64,000 nt of DNA. It comes from Mobula hypostoma (lineage: Eukaryota). Below are positions 1 through 11,834 of the stretch, one piece after another. The notes under the pieces were generated by a model. The model was given only the letters and a program-made list of their open reading frames with translations. It was not told the DNA's origin and made no database searches. Positions within the stretch are counted from its first letter, which is position 1. Each line of letters begins with the position of its first letter. The translations under genes were made by a program, and so were the position numbers. The stretch is from assembly GCF_963921235.1 (NCBI RefSeq), contig NC_086097.1, positions 247,320,001-247,384,000 of the forward strand, read 5' to 3'.

Positions 1-455
1 CACAGCTAACACTGCCGCCCAGCTTTGTGTCATCCGCAAACTTGGAAATACTGCATTTAATTCCCTCGTCTAAGTCATTAATATATATTGTAAACGACTG
101 GGTCCCAGCACTGAGCCTTGCAGTACCCCACTAGTCACTGCCTGCCATTCTGAAAAGGTCCTGTTTATTCCCACTCTTTGCTTCCTGTCTGCCAACCAAT
201 TCTCTATCCACATCAAAACCATACCCCCAATACTGTGTGCTTTAAGTCTGCACACTAATCTCCTGTGTGGGACCTTGTCAAAAGCCTTTTGAAAATCGAA
301 ATATACCACATCCACTGGTTCTCCCCTATCCACTCTGCTAGTTACATCCTCAGAAAATTCTATGAGATTCGTCAGACATGATTTTCCTTTCACAAATCCA
401 TGCTGACTTTGTCCGATGATTTCACCGCTTTCCAAATGTGCTGTTATCACATCTT
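1..455 (-). mobile_element. CR1 LINE ORF2 reverse transcriptase fragment
   Basis: ORF 70..450: SQHGFVKGKSCLTNL, DVVYFDFQKAFDKVPH, VTSGVLQGSVLGP (CR1 RT motifs). Confidence 0.93.
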
Positions 456-519
456 TCTTTATTTGTTTAGGGAGTAGATCAATTAAGTTCTATTCTGCAA
501 ATTTCAATGATATACTGAC

Positions 520-1017
520 TTAGAGAGCAAGACCATATATTTTGGGTATATACCTCTAGAATGGTTGAAAAGAGATAAATATAAATATCTAATGAATGTA
601 CTGCTGATGGCTGGTAATGGTTATCTCAGGAGAGCCCAACTTTAAATGTATGGATGGAAATTACAATGGACATTTACAAAATGGAGACGATAACAACATC
701 TGTTAATCATAAGTTGGAACAATTTTACTCATACTGAAAAAAATGGTTTAACTACATAACGTCTTATAGGCCTGATTTTATTCTCACAATCAATGAATAT
801 GTTGTTTAAAAAAATCACTCCCTACTCTGTACATAGTTTTCTTCTTTCGATTGTTCTTTCTTTTCTCTTCTTTTTATAAGAGTATACTTCAGATAAATAT
901 TATGTGGAGATTTGTGACAAATATGATTATGATATATATGTACAGTATCTGAAATACATCTTATGGAAATGTTTGTTTGATGATGAAATTCAATAAAAAA
1001 TAAATTACAAAAAAAAT
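520..1017 (+). mobile_element. L1-clade LINE 3' end (copy 1)
   Basis: Degenerate ORF2 C-terminus and 3'UTR, AATAAA and poly(A) to ~1017; same sequence as 1950-2193 and reverse complement of 21765-22960. Confidence 0.82.
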
Positions 1018-2193
1018 CTTTGCAATTAGCCAAGGAGGCCTACCTTCTCTTAGAGATTATTATTTTGCAGCACAGTTGAGAGCGGTGATATGCTGGTGCA
1101 ACCCGTCATATGATGCTCAATGGAAAAACATTGAGGAGAGGATACTTCCCATCCCCATACAGGAAATTTTGGCTGATAACAATGTACAAAGGTACATAAA
1201 TACTATTGATAATCCGTGGGTGAAATGGACTCTTAAAATATGGAAAACTATTATAAAAGAATATAAAATAGAGGGAGATATTGCAATTCTTAAATGGTGT
1301 GCATATGACTCGGATCTTACGCAGAATAAGCTGGATGCTAGATTTAAGGAGTGGACAGCTAAAGGAATAACAGTTCTTTGCAATATAATGAAAGACGGAA
1401 CATTGCTCAGTTTTGAAATGCTTAAAGAGAGACACTTATTAGAAAAACAAGACTTCTATCGGTATCTACAGATGTGACATTATGTTAATAGGAGGGTTAA
1501 AAATGTAACCAAGGCAAGTACATGTTTGATAGAGCTATTTAGAAAAGCATATAATCAGATAACGGTAGTAGAATCATTTCGAGCGTGTAAAAGGGTTTGT
1601 CAAATCTTAAAACACATTTGACTTCATACATTAAAGCAAAATGGGAGAAGGAAGGAGGGATAATTATATTTGAGGAAGAATGGACAATATAATGGAGGTA
1701 TCAATGGAAGTGTACCTGTTCACAGAAATGGAGGGAGTCTGGATGGAAAAACTTGATAAGGTATTTTATTACACCCTCTCAGATATCCCATTATTATAGT
1801 AACCTCCCTGTTTGCTGGAGAATTTGTGGAAATCAAAATGCAAACCATCATCATATTTTCTGGGATTGCCCCGTTATCAAAGACTATTGGAGTGGGATAC
1901 ACAATGCCCTACAAGACATTTTTAAATGTGAAATACCCTTAGAAAGAAAGACCATATATTTTCGGTATGTACCTCAAGAATGGTAGAAAAGAGATAAATA
2001 TTTGTACACAGTTTTCTCCTTTTGCTTGTTCTTTCTTTCTCTCTTTTCTATAGGTGTATTCCTCAGATAAATATTATGTGGAGATTTGTGGCAAATATGA
2101 TTATATGATATATATGTATAATATCTGAAATACATCTTATGGAAATGTTTGTTTGATGATGAACTTCAATAAAAAATAAATTACAAAAAAAAA
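1018..2193 (+). mobile_element. L1-clade LINE, 5'-truncated (copy 2)
   Basis: GGLPSLRDYYFAAQLRAVICW; Cys/His motif CWRICGNQNANHHHIFWDC (ORF 1753..1986); AATAAA plus poly(A) tail. Confidence 0.88.
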
Positions 2194-5100
2194 AGAATCT
2201 ATCAACCTCTGCCTTAAATATACATAGAGACTTGGCCTCCACGGCTGCCTGTGGCAAAGAATTCCACAGATTCACCACTCTCTGGCTAAAGAAATTCCTC
2301 CTTATCTCCGTTCTAAAAGAACGCTTCTCTAGTCTGAGGCTGTGTCCTCTGGTCTTAGACTTTCCCACCATAGCAAACATCTTCTCCACATCCACTCTAT
2401 CAAGGCCTTCACCATTTAATAGATTTCAATGAGGTCACCCCTCATTTTTGTGAACTTCTTTTGAACCCTCTCCTGTTCCAGCATATCCTTTTTAAGATAA
2501 AGGGACCAAAACTGCTCACAGAACTCCAAGTGAGGCCTCACCAGTGCTTTATAAATTCTCAACATTGCATCCTTACTTTTGTATTCTACTCCTCTTGAAA
2601 TGAATGCTAACATTGCATTTGCTTTCCTCACCACAGTTTCAAACCTGCAAATTAATCTTTAGGGAATGGATGGACAGATAGATAGATAGATATACTTTAT
2701 TGATCCCGAGGGAAATTGGGTTTCGTTACAGCTGCACCAACCAAGAATAGAGCATAAATATAGCAATACAAAAACCACAAACAATCAAACAACAAAATGC
2801 AAACTATGCCAGATGGAAATAAGTCCAGGACCAGCCTATTGGCTCAGGGTGTCTGACCCTCCACAGGAGGAGCTGCAAAGTTCGATGGCCACAGGCAGGA
2901 ACAACCTCCCGTGACGCCCAGTGTTGTATCTCGGTGGAATATGGCTGGAGTCCAACAGCAAAAATTTCAATATCCGGTCTACAAACATGTTCCTCGATCG
3001 TAATATGACCCGGATTGCACCATCCATTGTTAACCAGAACAGTAAGCCCCCAACTCCTTTACGCTTACCGCTCTCAGTGCACTTCCGGTCAGCCTGAATG
3101 GTCTGGAAGCCGTCCATGGAAAAGTTTTGATCGGGTATGTCCTCGTGCAGCCCCGTTCCAGTATAACACATAACACTGCACTCCCGAAATGTTCTCTGGC
3201 GCCTGGCTAGCGCCGTGAACTCATCCATTTTATTACCCAGCAAACTCCTCTTCTCCATAAGTCTCTGTTGTCTCGACCCAGTCCTCTTTCCTCAACTTTG
3301 TGATCCCCCTCTGCATCCTCTGTGTGTTTTCCTCCAGATTTCAGCCGGGGTGTCCACTGCTTTGCTCGCTAAACTGGCCGGCGTTAGCGCAAACAGCTGG
3401 TCCCTGGAATAAACAATGCGACCATGCTTCTGCCCCGCTAATGAGACGTGAATGCTACACAAAAACTCCGAAATCCCTTTGCATGTCAGTTTTTTTGTAT
3501 TTTCTCTCCATTTAGAAAATAGTTAACCCTTTCATTTCTTCTACCAAAGTGCATGACCATACACTTCCCAACACTATTCCATCTGCCACTTTTTTGCCCG
3601 TTCTCCTAATCTGTCTAAGTACTTCTGTCGCCTTTCTATTTCCTCAAAACTACCTGTCCCTCCACCTATCATCATATCTTCTGCAAACTTTACAACAAAT
3701 GCATCAATTCTATCATCCAAATGATTAACATCTGACACAAAAAAATTGGTCCCAACACAGATACTGTGGAACACCACTAGTCATCGGCAGCCAAACAGAA
3801 AAGATCCCCTTTATTCCCATTCTGTGCCTCCTGCCAGTTAGCCAATGCTTTATCCATGCTTGAATCTTCCCTGTGATATTATGGGCTCGTAGCTTGTGAA
3901 GAAGCCTCCTGAGTGACACCTTGTCAAAGGCCTTCTGAAAATCCAAGTACATAACGTCAACTGATTCTCCTTTGTCTAATTTGTTAGGCAAGGTTTTTCC
4001 TCCAAGTATCCTGAGACCTTATCCTTAATAATAGACTCCAACATCTTCTCAACCACTGAGGTCAAACTAACTGGCCAAGAGTTTCCTTTCTTCTGCCTCT
4101 CTCCCTTCTTGAAGAGCGGAATGACATTTACAACTTTCCATTCTTTCAGAACCATTCCAGAATCTAGTGATTCTTGAAAGATCATTACTAATGCCCCCAC
4201 AATCTCTTCAGCCACCTCTTTCAGAACCCTGGGGTTGACACCATCTGGCCCATGTGACTTATCTACCTTCAGACCTTTCAGTTTCCCAAGACCCTTCTCC
4301 CTAGTAATGATAACCTCACAATCTTCATGAACTCCGACGCCTGCAACTTCTACCATATGGCTTGTGTCCTCCACAGTGAAGACTGACGCAAAATATTTTT
4401 TCAGGTCGTCTGCCAATTCCTTGTCCCCCATTACTATCTCTCCAACATCACTTTCCAGCAGTCCAAAATCCACTCTCATCTCTCTTTTACACTTTATGTA
4501 TTGAAGAAACTTTTGTTTTCCTCTTTAATATTATTGGCTTGCTTGCTTTCCTATTCCATCTTTACCTCCTTCATGAATTTTTAGTTGCCTTCTGTTGGTA
4601 TTTAAAATCTTCCCAATCCTCTAATTTTCCCACTAATTTTTGGTCTATTATATGCCCTCTCTTTGGCTTTTATGTTGGCTTTGACATCTGCTGTTTCCAC
4701 AGTTGTATCAACTTTCCTTTAGAATACATCTTCCTTTTTGGGATGCATATATCCTGTGTCTTCCGAATTGCTTCCAGAAATTCCAGCTGCTGCTGCTCTG
4801 CTGTCATCCCTGCCAGTGTTCTTTTCCAAACCATTCTGGCCAAGTCCTCTCTCATGCCTCTGGAATTCTGCTTACTCCACTGTAATACTGATACATCTGA
4901 CAGCAGCTTCTCCTCAAAATTCAGGGTGGATTTGATCATATTATGGTTATTTTCCTTAAGTTCTCTAATCATTGTAGAATACCCAATCCAAAATAGCTGA
5001 TCCTCTAATGGGCTCAACCATGATCTGATCTGCTCTGAAAAGCTATCTCATAGGCACTCTACAAATTCCTCCTCTTGGAGTCCAGCACCTACCTGATTTT

Positions 5101-5850
5101 CCCAATCTACCTACATAATGAAATCCCCCAAGACTGTCGTAAAATTGCACTTTTGGCATGTGGTTTCTATCTCCCATTGTAATTTGCAGCCACATCCTTA
5201 TGACTGTTAGAGGGTCTGGAAAGATCCCCCATCAGGGTCTTTTTAAACTTGCAGTTCCTTAGCTCTATCCACAATGATTCAAAACCTTCCGACATTATGC
5301 AATCTTTCTCTAATGATTTGACTTCATTTTTTCACCAACAGAGCAACGCTGCCCCCGTCTGCCTTCCTGCCTGTCCTTTCGATACAATGTGTAACCTTGG
5401 ACATTAAGCTCCCAGTCATAATCTTCTTTAAGCCATGATTCAGTGATGACTGCAACATCATACATTCCAATCTGTAACTGTGCTATAAGTTCATCTACTT
5501 TATTCCGTATACTGCACACATCCAAATATAACACCTTCAGTCCAGCATGCACCCTTTTCGATTTTGTCCACCTTTTACGTTGCAACTCATCCTGTTGACT
5601 GCAATTCTGTCCTCTCATCAGCCTCTCCTTCCAAAGAGCCTAATTACTCTTTTGCCTCTGTTTGTAAACCAACTACCTGATCTTCAGCACTATCACTCCA
5701 GTTCTTACCCCCCTGCCAAATTAACTTACACCCACCTGAACAGCTCTAGCCAACCTACCCGCAAGGATATTGGATCCCTTCAGGTTCAGGTGTAACCCGT
5801 CCCTTTTGTACAGGTCATACCATCTCCTGAAGAGATCCCAATGATCCATA
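2194..5850 (-). mobile_element. Degenerate long CR1 LINE (end of ORF1 plus APE-RT ORF2), interrupted at 2669-3449
   Basis: Collinear ORF2 fragments 5310..5618 (SIRNKVDEL, ITESWL), 4670..5017, 3976..4479, 3725..3991, 3574..3777, 2416..2634; 5720-5815 reads DLYKRDGLHLNLKGSNILAGRLARAV, like the esterase-type ORF1 C-terminus. Confidence 0.9.
2669..3449 (-). mobile_element. Internally deleted (bipartite) Rex1/Babar-derived non-autonomous element
   Basis: ORF 2836..3258 joins an APE N-terminus (NKMDEF..RECSVMC..DGFQTIQADR..SGKRKG) to the Rex C-terminus (IPPRYNTGRH..FLPVAI..GGSDTLSQ); (TATC)n tail; GAATG duplicated at 2664-2668 and 3450-3454. Confidence 0.85.
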
Positions 5851-6053
5851 ACTCATAAAGGTGAGTGGAGATGTTGGTGGATTCTCAGCAGGACAGATAG
5901 GGTGGATGTCGAGTGGATGTTTCCGTAGTGGGGTTTTCTAGAGCTAGGTAGGATGGTTTCAGAATAAGGGATCACCCACTTAGGATGGAGAAGAGGAAAT
6001 CAGAGAATCATGAAATTTGTATTTCTCTATTCTGTAAAGCCGCAGAGGTGGAG

Positions 6054-6805
6054 TCAAAGTTAAAGTCAATTTATTATCAATGTCACTATATTCTACCTTG
6101 AGATTCATTTACTTGCGGGCATTCACAGGACAATGAAGAAATAAAATAGAATGTATGATAACCTATACATATAGACTGAAAATCAACATGCAAAAGGCAA
6201 ATTGTACAAATAACACAAATAAACTATATAACATGAATAATACTGAGAACATGAGTTGTAGAGTTCTGAAAGTGACTACAGGTTGTGGAATCAGTTCAGA
6301 GTTGAGGTAAGTGAAAGCTATCCACACTGGTTCAGGAGCCTGATGGTTGTAGGGTAATAACTGTTCCTGAACCTGGCGGTATGGAACCTAAGGCTGCTGT
6401 GCGTCCTGCCCCGTGTTAGTAGCGAGAAGAGGGTATGGCCTGGATGGTGGGGGGGGGGGGGGGCAGCTTTATGACGGATGCTGCTTTCCTGTGTCACCGC
6501 TTCTTGTCGATGTGCTGAATGGCGGAGAAGGCTTTGCCTGTGACGGACTGGGCTCATTCCATTTTCTGCAGCCTTTTCTGTTCTGGGCATTGGTATTTCC
6601 ATACCAGGCCAGGATAAAAGCAGCCATGATTCTCTCCATTGTGCATCTGGACAAGTTTGTCAAAGTTTCAAGTGATTTTTCAAATCTTTGCAAACCCCTA
6701 ATAAAATTGAGGTGCCGTGATGCCTTCTCGAAATGGCTGTTACATGCTGGTGCTTGGATAGATCCTCTGATATGATAATGCCAAGGAATTCAAAGTTATT
6801 GAATA
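6054..6805 (-). mobile_element. Rex1/Babar LINE 3' fragment
   Basis: HPGHTLFSLL..RFRNSYYPTTIRLLN (ORF 6318..6602) followed by the typical 3'UTR. Confidence 0.8.
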
Positions 6806-6829
6806 TATTCAGGAGGTGGACAGACATGG

Positions 6830-7815
6830 GAACTATGGAGAGCCAGGGAGTACAAGGTCGAGGAGAGGAGGTGCAGCGGTTGACAGACTAGTGCAGAGCC
6901 AACAACCTGTCTCTGAATGTGAACAAAACAAAAGAGATGGTTGTTGACTTCAGGAGAGCACGGAGCGGCCAATCTCCACTGAACGTCGACAGCTCCTCCA
7001 TTGAGATGGTTAACAGCACCAAAATCTTGGTGTCCACCTGGCGGAGAATCTCACATGGTCCTTCAACACCAGCTCCATAGCAAAGAAAGCCCAGCAGCGT
7101 TTCTACTTTCTGTGAAGCCTGAGAGAAGTCCATCTCCCACCCTCCATCCTCACCACATTCTCCAGAGGATGTATCGAGAGCATCCTGAGCAGCTGCATCA
7201 CTGCCTGGTTCGGGAATTGCACCGTCTCGGATTGCAAGACCCTACAGCGGATAGTGAGGTCAGCTGAGAAGATCATCGGGGTCTCTCTTCCTGCTATTAC
7301 AGACATTCACACCACACTCTGCACCTGCAAAGCTAGAAGTATTGTGAAGGACCCCACGCACCCCTCATACAAACTCTTCTCCCTCCTGCCATCTGGCAAA
7401 AGGTACCGAAGCATTCGGGCTCTCACGACCAGACTGTGCAACAGTTTCTTCCCCCAAGCCATCAGACTCCTCAATACCCAGAGTCTAGATTGACATCTAC
7501 AACATTTATTATTATATTGTAGTTTGTCCTCTACTGTGCCTATTGTCTGGTTTATTATTTATTGTACTGCCCTGCACTGTTTTGTGCACTTTATGTAGTC
7601 CTGTACAGGTCTGTAGTCTAGTGCAGTTTTTATGTTGTTTTACATAGTCTAGTGTAGCCTTGTGCTGTCTCACATAGTCTAGTGTAGTTTTCTGTTGTTT
7701 CATGTAGCACCAGGGTCCTGGAGGAACATTGTTTTGTTTTTACTGTGTACTGTACCAGCAGCTTATGGTCAAAACGACAATAAACTTGACTTGACTTGAC
7801 TTGAGATTGAGACTG
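6830..7815 (+). mobile_element. Rex1/Babar LINE 3' fragment
   Basis: NNLSLNVNKTKEMVVDFR; THPSYKLFSLLPSGKRYRS..NSFFPQAIRLLN; AATAAA plus (ACTTG)n tail. Confidence 0.88.
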
Positions 7816-8009
7816 AATCAGGTAAAAAGCCACTGAAAGGCATAGCTGCCCCAAGCAATTGAATGGGTGACAACCGCTCCTCTTTTTCATGCTGCAATGT
7901 GTGAGTTCCTGTGGTTTTTGGCATGATCTCACTCTTATTGTCTTAAGCGGATAGGTTTCACCTCTGTCTGAAGCAAGCTTGAGGTACGTGGCATGTACAA
8001 GCAATGTTT

Positions 8010-9030
8010 CTGAGGATAGGTTGAGCGAGCTAGGTTTTTCTCTTTGGAGTGAAGGAGGATGAGCAATGACTTGATAGAGGAGTACAAGATGACAAGAGGC
8101 ATAGATCGAGTGGACAGTCAGAGACTTTTCCCCAGGGCAGAAAAGGCTAATACCAGGCGTCAAAATTTGAAGGTGTTCAGAGGAATGTATCGCGGGGATA
8201 TCAAAGTTCAGTTTTTTTTTGCACAGAGTTGTGGGAGCGCAGAACACTCTGAAAGTGCTGGTGGGAGGCTCAGATACATTAGGGCATTTAAGTAGGTACA
8301 TAGATGAAACAAAATGGAGGGCTATGTGTGAGGGTCAAAGAACAATGAGGCTGTCTACAAGAAGGGTCAGAGCCATCTCTATTTCCTGACGAGACTGGGG
8401 TCCTTTAACATCTGCCGGACGATGCTGAGCATGTTCTACGAGTCTGTGGTGGCCAGTGCGATCATGTTTGCTGTTGTGTGCTGGGGCAGCAGGCTGAGGG
8501 TAGCAGACACCAACAGAATCAACAATCTCATTCGTAAGGCCAGTGATGTTGTGGGGATGGAATTGGACTCTCTGACGGTGGTGTCTGAAAAGAGGATGCT
8601 GTCTAAGTTGCATGCCATCTTGGACAATGTCTCCCATCCACTACATAATGTACTGGGTGGGCACAGGAGTACATTCAGCCAGAGACTCATTCCACCGAGA
8701 TGCAACACAGAGCGTCACAGGAAGTCATTCCTGCCTGTGGCCATCAAACTTTACAACTCCTCCCTTGGAGGGTCAGACACCCTGAGCCAATAGGCTGGTC
8801 CTGGACTTATTTCCTGGCATAATTTACATATTACTATTTAACTATTTATGTTTTTATTACTATTTAATTATTTATGGTGCAACTGTAACGAAAACCAATT
8901 TCCCCCGGGATCAATAAAGTATGACTATGTCTATGACTATGAGGGAAGGGTTAGATTGATCTTAAAGTCGGTGAAAAGATTGGCGCAGCATTGTGGGCCA
9001 AAGGGCCTGTGCTGTACTCTTCTATGTTCC
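8010..9030 (+). mobile_element. CR1 3' fragment split by a Rex1/Babar insertion
   Basis: ORF 8059..8295 (DLIEEYK..GIDRVD..LFP); 3'UTR resumes at 8941. Confidence 0.75.
8335..8940 (+). mobile_element. Young Rex1/Babar LINE 3' end
   Basis: ORF 8422..8793; near-identical to 45817-46430; (TATGAC)n tail; TGAGGG on both sides. Confidence 0.9.
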
Positions 9031-9249
9031 ATAATCCACACTTAGGAGAATTGCTTATCTGAGAGTGAGATAAACAGAGGCTTCCTATCGAGACAGTGAC
9101 AAACTGAGTTAGTTCTCTATAAACTACATGGGATGAATTTCACTCCACATTATTCAAGCAAATGCAATACCCATTAAAACTTTAATCAGTCTCTTTTTTA
9201 AGATTGCTGTGTGTATTTGTTACAGTTTTTGGTTTATTATTGTCACATG

Positions 9250-11793
9250 TAGAATTGGAAGAGCAAATCTGCAGGGAAATAGCAGGCAACTGCAGGAAAC
9301 ATAAAGTTGTGGTGGTAGGGGATTTTAATTTTCCATATATTGATTGGGACTCCCATACTGTTAGGGGTCTAAATGGTTTAGAGTTTGTAAAATGTGTTCA
9401 GGAAAGTTTTCTAAATCAATATATAGAGGGACCAACTAGAGGGGATGCAATATTGGATCTCCTGTTAGGAAACGAGTTAGGACAAGTGACGGAAGTCTGT
9501 GTAGGGGAGCACTTTGGTTCCAGTGATCATAACACCATTAGTTTCAACTTGATCATGGACAAGGATAGATCTGGTCCTAGGGTTGAGGTTCTTAACTGGA
9601 AGAAGGCCAAATTTGAAGAAATGAGAAAGGATCTAAAAAGCATGGATTGGGACAAGTTGTTCTCTGGCAAGGATGTGATTGGTAGATGGGAAGCCTTCAA
9701 AAGAAAAATTTTGAGAGTGCAGAATTTGTATGCTCCTGTCAGGATTAAAGGCAAAGTGAATAGGAATAAGGAACTTTGGTTCTCAAGGGATATTACAACT
9801 CTGATAAAGAAGAAGAGGGAGTTGGATGACATGTATAGGAAGCAGGGAGTAAATAAGGTGCTTGAGGAGTATAAGAAGTGCAAGAAAATACTTAAGAAAG
9901 AAATCAGGAGTGCTAAAAGAAGACATGAGGTTGCCTTGGCAGTCAAAGTGAAGGATAATCCAAAGAGCTTTTACAGGTATATTAAGAACAAAAGGATTGT
10001 AAGGGATAAAATTGGTCCTCTTGAAGATCAGAGTGGTCGCCTATGTGCAGAACCAAAGGAAATGGGGGAGATCTTAAATAGGTTTTTTGCGTCTGTATTT
10101 ACTAAGGAAACTGGCATGAAGTCTATGGAATTAGGGGAAACAAGCAGTGAGATCATGGAAACTGTACAGATCGAAAAGGAGGAGGTCCTTGCTGTCTTGA
10201 GGAAAATTAAAGTGGATAAATCCCCGGGTCCTGACAGGGTGTTCCCTCGGACCTTGAAGGAGACTGGTGTTGAAATTGCAGGGGCCCTGGTAGAAATATT
10301 TAAAATGTTGCTGTCTACAGGTGAGGTGCCGGAGGATTGGAGAGTGGCTCATGTTGTTCCGTTGTTTAAAAAAGGATCGAAAAGTAATCCGGGAAATTAT
10401 AGGCCGGTAAGTTTAACGTCGGTAGTAGGTAAGTTATTGGAGGGAGTACTAAGAGACAGAATCTACAAGCATTTGGATAGACAGGGACTTATTACGGAGA
10501 GTCAACATGGCTTTGTGCGTGGCAGGTCATGTTTGACCAATCTGTTGGAGTTTTTCGAGGAGGTTACCAGGAAAGTGGATGAAGGGAAGGCAGTGGATAT
10601 TGTCTACATGGACTTCAGTAAGGCCTTTGACAAGGTCCCGCATGGGAGGTTAGTTAGGAAAATTCAGTCACTAGGTATACATGGAGAGGTGGTAAATTGG
10701 ATCAGACATTGGCTCAATGCAAGAAGCCAAAGAGTGGTAGTAGAGAATTGCTTCTCCGAGTGGAGGCCTGTGACTAGTGGTGTGCCACAGGGAACAGTGC
10801 TGGGTCCATTGTTATTTGTCATCTATATCAATGATCTGGATGATAATGTGGTAAATTGGATCAGCAAATTTGCTGATGATACAAAGATTGGAGGTGTAGT
10901 AGACAGTGAGGAAGGTTTTCAGAGCCTGCAGAGGGACTTGGACCAGCTGGGAAAATGGGCTGAAAAATGGCAGATGGAGTTTAATACAGACAAGTGTGAG
11001 GTATTGCACGTTGGAAGGTCAAACCAAGGTAGAACATACAGGGTTAATGGTAAGGCACTGAGGAGTGCAGTGGAACAGAGGGATCTGGGAATACAGATAC
11101 AAAATTCCCTAAAAGTGGCGTCACAGGTAGATAGGGTCGTAAAGAGAGCTTTTGGTACATTGGCCTTTATTAATCAAAGTATTGAGTATAAGAGCTGGAA
11201 TGTTATGATGAGGTTGTATAAGGCATTGGTGAGGCCGAATCTGGAGTATTGTGTTCAGTTTTGGTCACCAAATTACAGGAAGGATATAAATAAGGTTGAA
11301 AGAGTGCAGAGAAGGTTTACAAGGTTGTTGCCGGGACTTGAGAAACTCAGTTACAGAGAAAGGTTGAATAGGTTAGGACTTTATTCCCTGGAGTGTAGAA
11401 GAATGAGGGGAGATTTGACAGAGGTATATAAAATTATGATGGGTATAGATAGAGTGAATGCAAGCAGGCTTTTTCCACTGAGGCAAGGGGAGAAAAAAAC
11501 CAGAGGACATGGGTTAAGGGTGAGGGGGGAAAAGTTTAAAGGGAACATTAGGGGGGGCTTCTTCACACAGAGAGTGGTGGGAGTATGGAATGAGCTGCCA
11601 GACGAGGTGGTAAATGCGGGTTCTTTTTTAACATTTAAGAATAAATTGGACAGATACATGGATGGGAGGTGTATGGAGGGATATGGTCCGTGTGCAGGTC
11701 AGTGAGACTAGGCAGAAAATGGTTCGGCACAGCCAAGAAGGGCCAAAAGGCCTGTTTCTGTGCTGTAGTTTCTATGGTTCTATGGTTCTATGG
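9250..11793 (+). mobile_element. CR1 LINE, young 5'-truncated copy
   Basis: Intact ORF2 portion, short 3'UTR, (TTCTATGG)n octamer tail at ~11770-11793. Confidence 0.95.
9252..11705 (+). CDS. CR1 LINE ORF2 (C-terminal half of APE endonuclease plus reverse transcriptase), 5'-truncated, stop-free
   Basis: VVGDFN, LDLLL, SSDH; NYRPVSLTS, SQHGF, DFSKAFDKVPH, GVPQG, KFADD. The first 16 codons of ORF 9204 are flanking DNA; there is no native start. Confidence 0.95.
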   Translation, partial: ELEEQICREIAGNCRKHKVVVVGDFNFPYIDWDSHTVRGLNGLEFVKCVQESFLNQYIEGPTRGDAILDLLLGNELGQVTEVCVGEHFGSSDHNTISFNLIMDKDRSGPRVEVLNWKKAKFEEMRKDLKSMDWDKLFSGKDVIGRWEAFKRKILRVQNLYAPVRIKGKVNRNKELWFSRDITTLIKKKRELDDMYRKQGVNKVLEEYKKCKKILKKEIRSAKRRHEVALAVKVKDNPKSFYRYIKNKRIVRDKIGPLEDQSGRLCAEPKEMGEILNRFFASVFTKETGMKSMELGETSSEIMETVQIEKEEVLAVLRKIKVDKSPGPDRVFPRTLKETGVEIAGALVEIFKMLLSTGEVPEDWRVAHVVPLFKKGSKSNPGNYRPVSLTSVVGKLLEGVLRDRIYKHLDRQGLITESQHGFVRGRSCLTNLLEFFEEVTRKVDEGKAVDIVYMDFSKAFDKVPHGRLVRKIQSLGIHGEVVNWIRHWLNARSQRVVVENCFSEWRPVTSGVPQGTVLGPLLFVIYINDLDDNVVNWISKFADDTKIGGVVDSEEGFQSLQRDLDQLGKWAEKWQMEFNTDKCEVLHVGRSNQGRTYRVNGKALRSAVEQRDLGIQIQNSLKVASQVDRVVKRAFGTLAFINQSIEYKSWNVMMRLYKALVRPNLEYCVQFWSPNYRKDINKVERVQRRFTRLLPGLEKLSYRERLNRLGLYSLECRRMRGDLTEVYKIMMGIDRVNASRLFPLRQGEKKTRGHGLRVRGEKFKGNIRGGFFTQRVVGVWNELPDEVVNAGSFLTFKNKLDRYMDGRCMEGYGPCAGQ

Positions 11794-11834
11794 TATTAAG
11801 ATTCAGGGAAAAGCTTGCAATACATACTGGTTCC

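Noticed and set aside
7630..8301. 223-aa ORF
   Set aside because: Antisense read-through across CR1, unique DNA and a Rex tail.
9204..11705. 833-aa ORF as a host gene or novel RT system
   Set aside because: Canonical CR1 ORF2 with a CR1 tail; the apparent hydrophobic N-terminus is 16 codons of flanking DNA.
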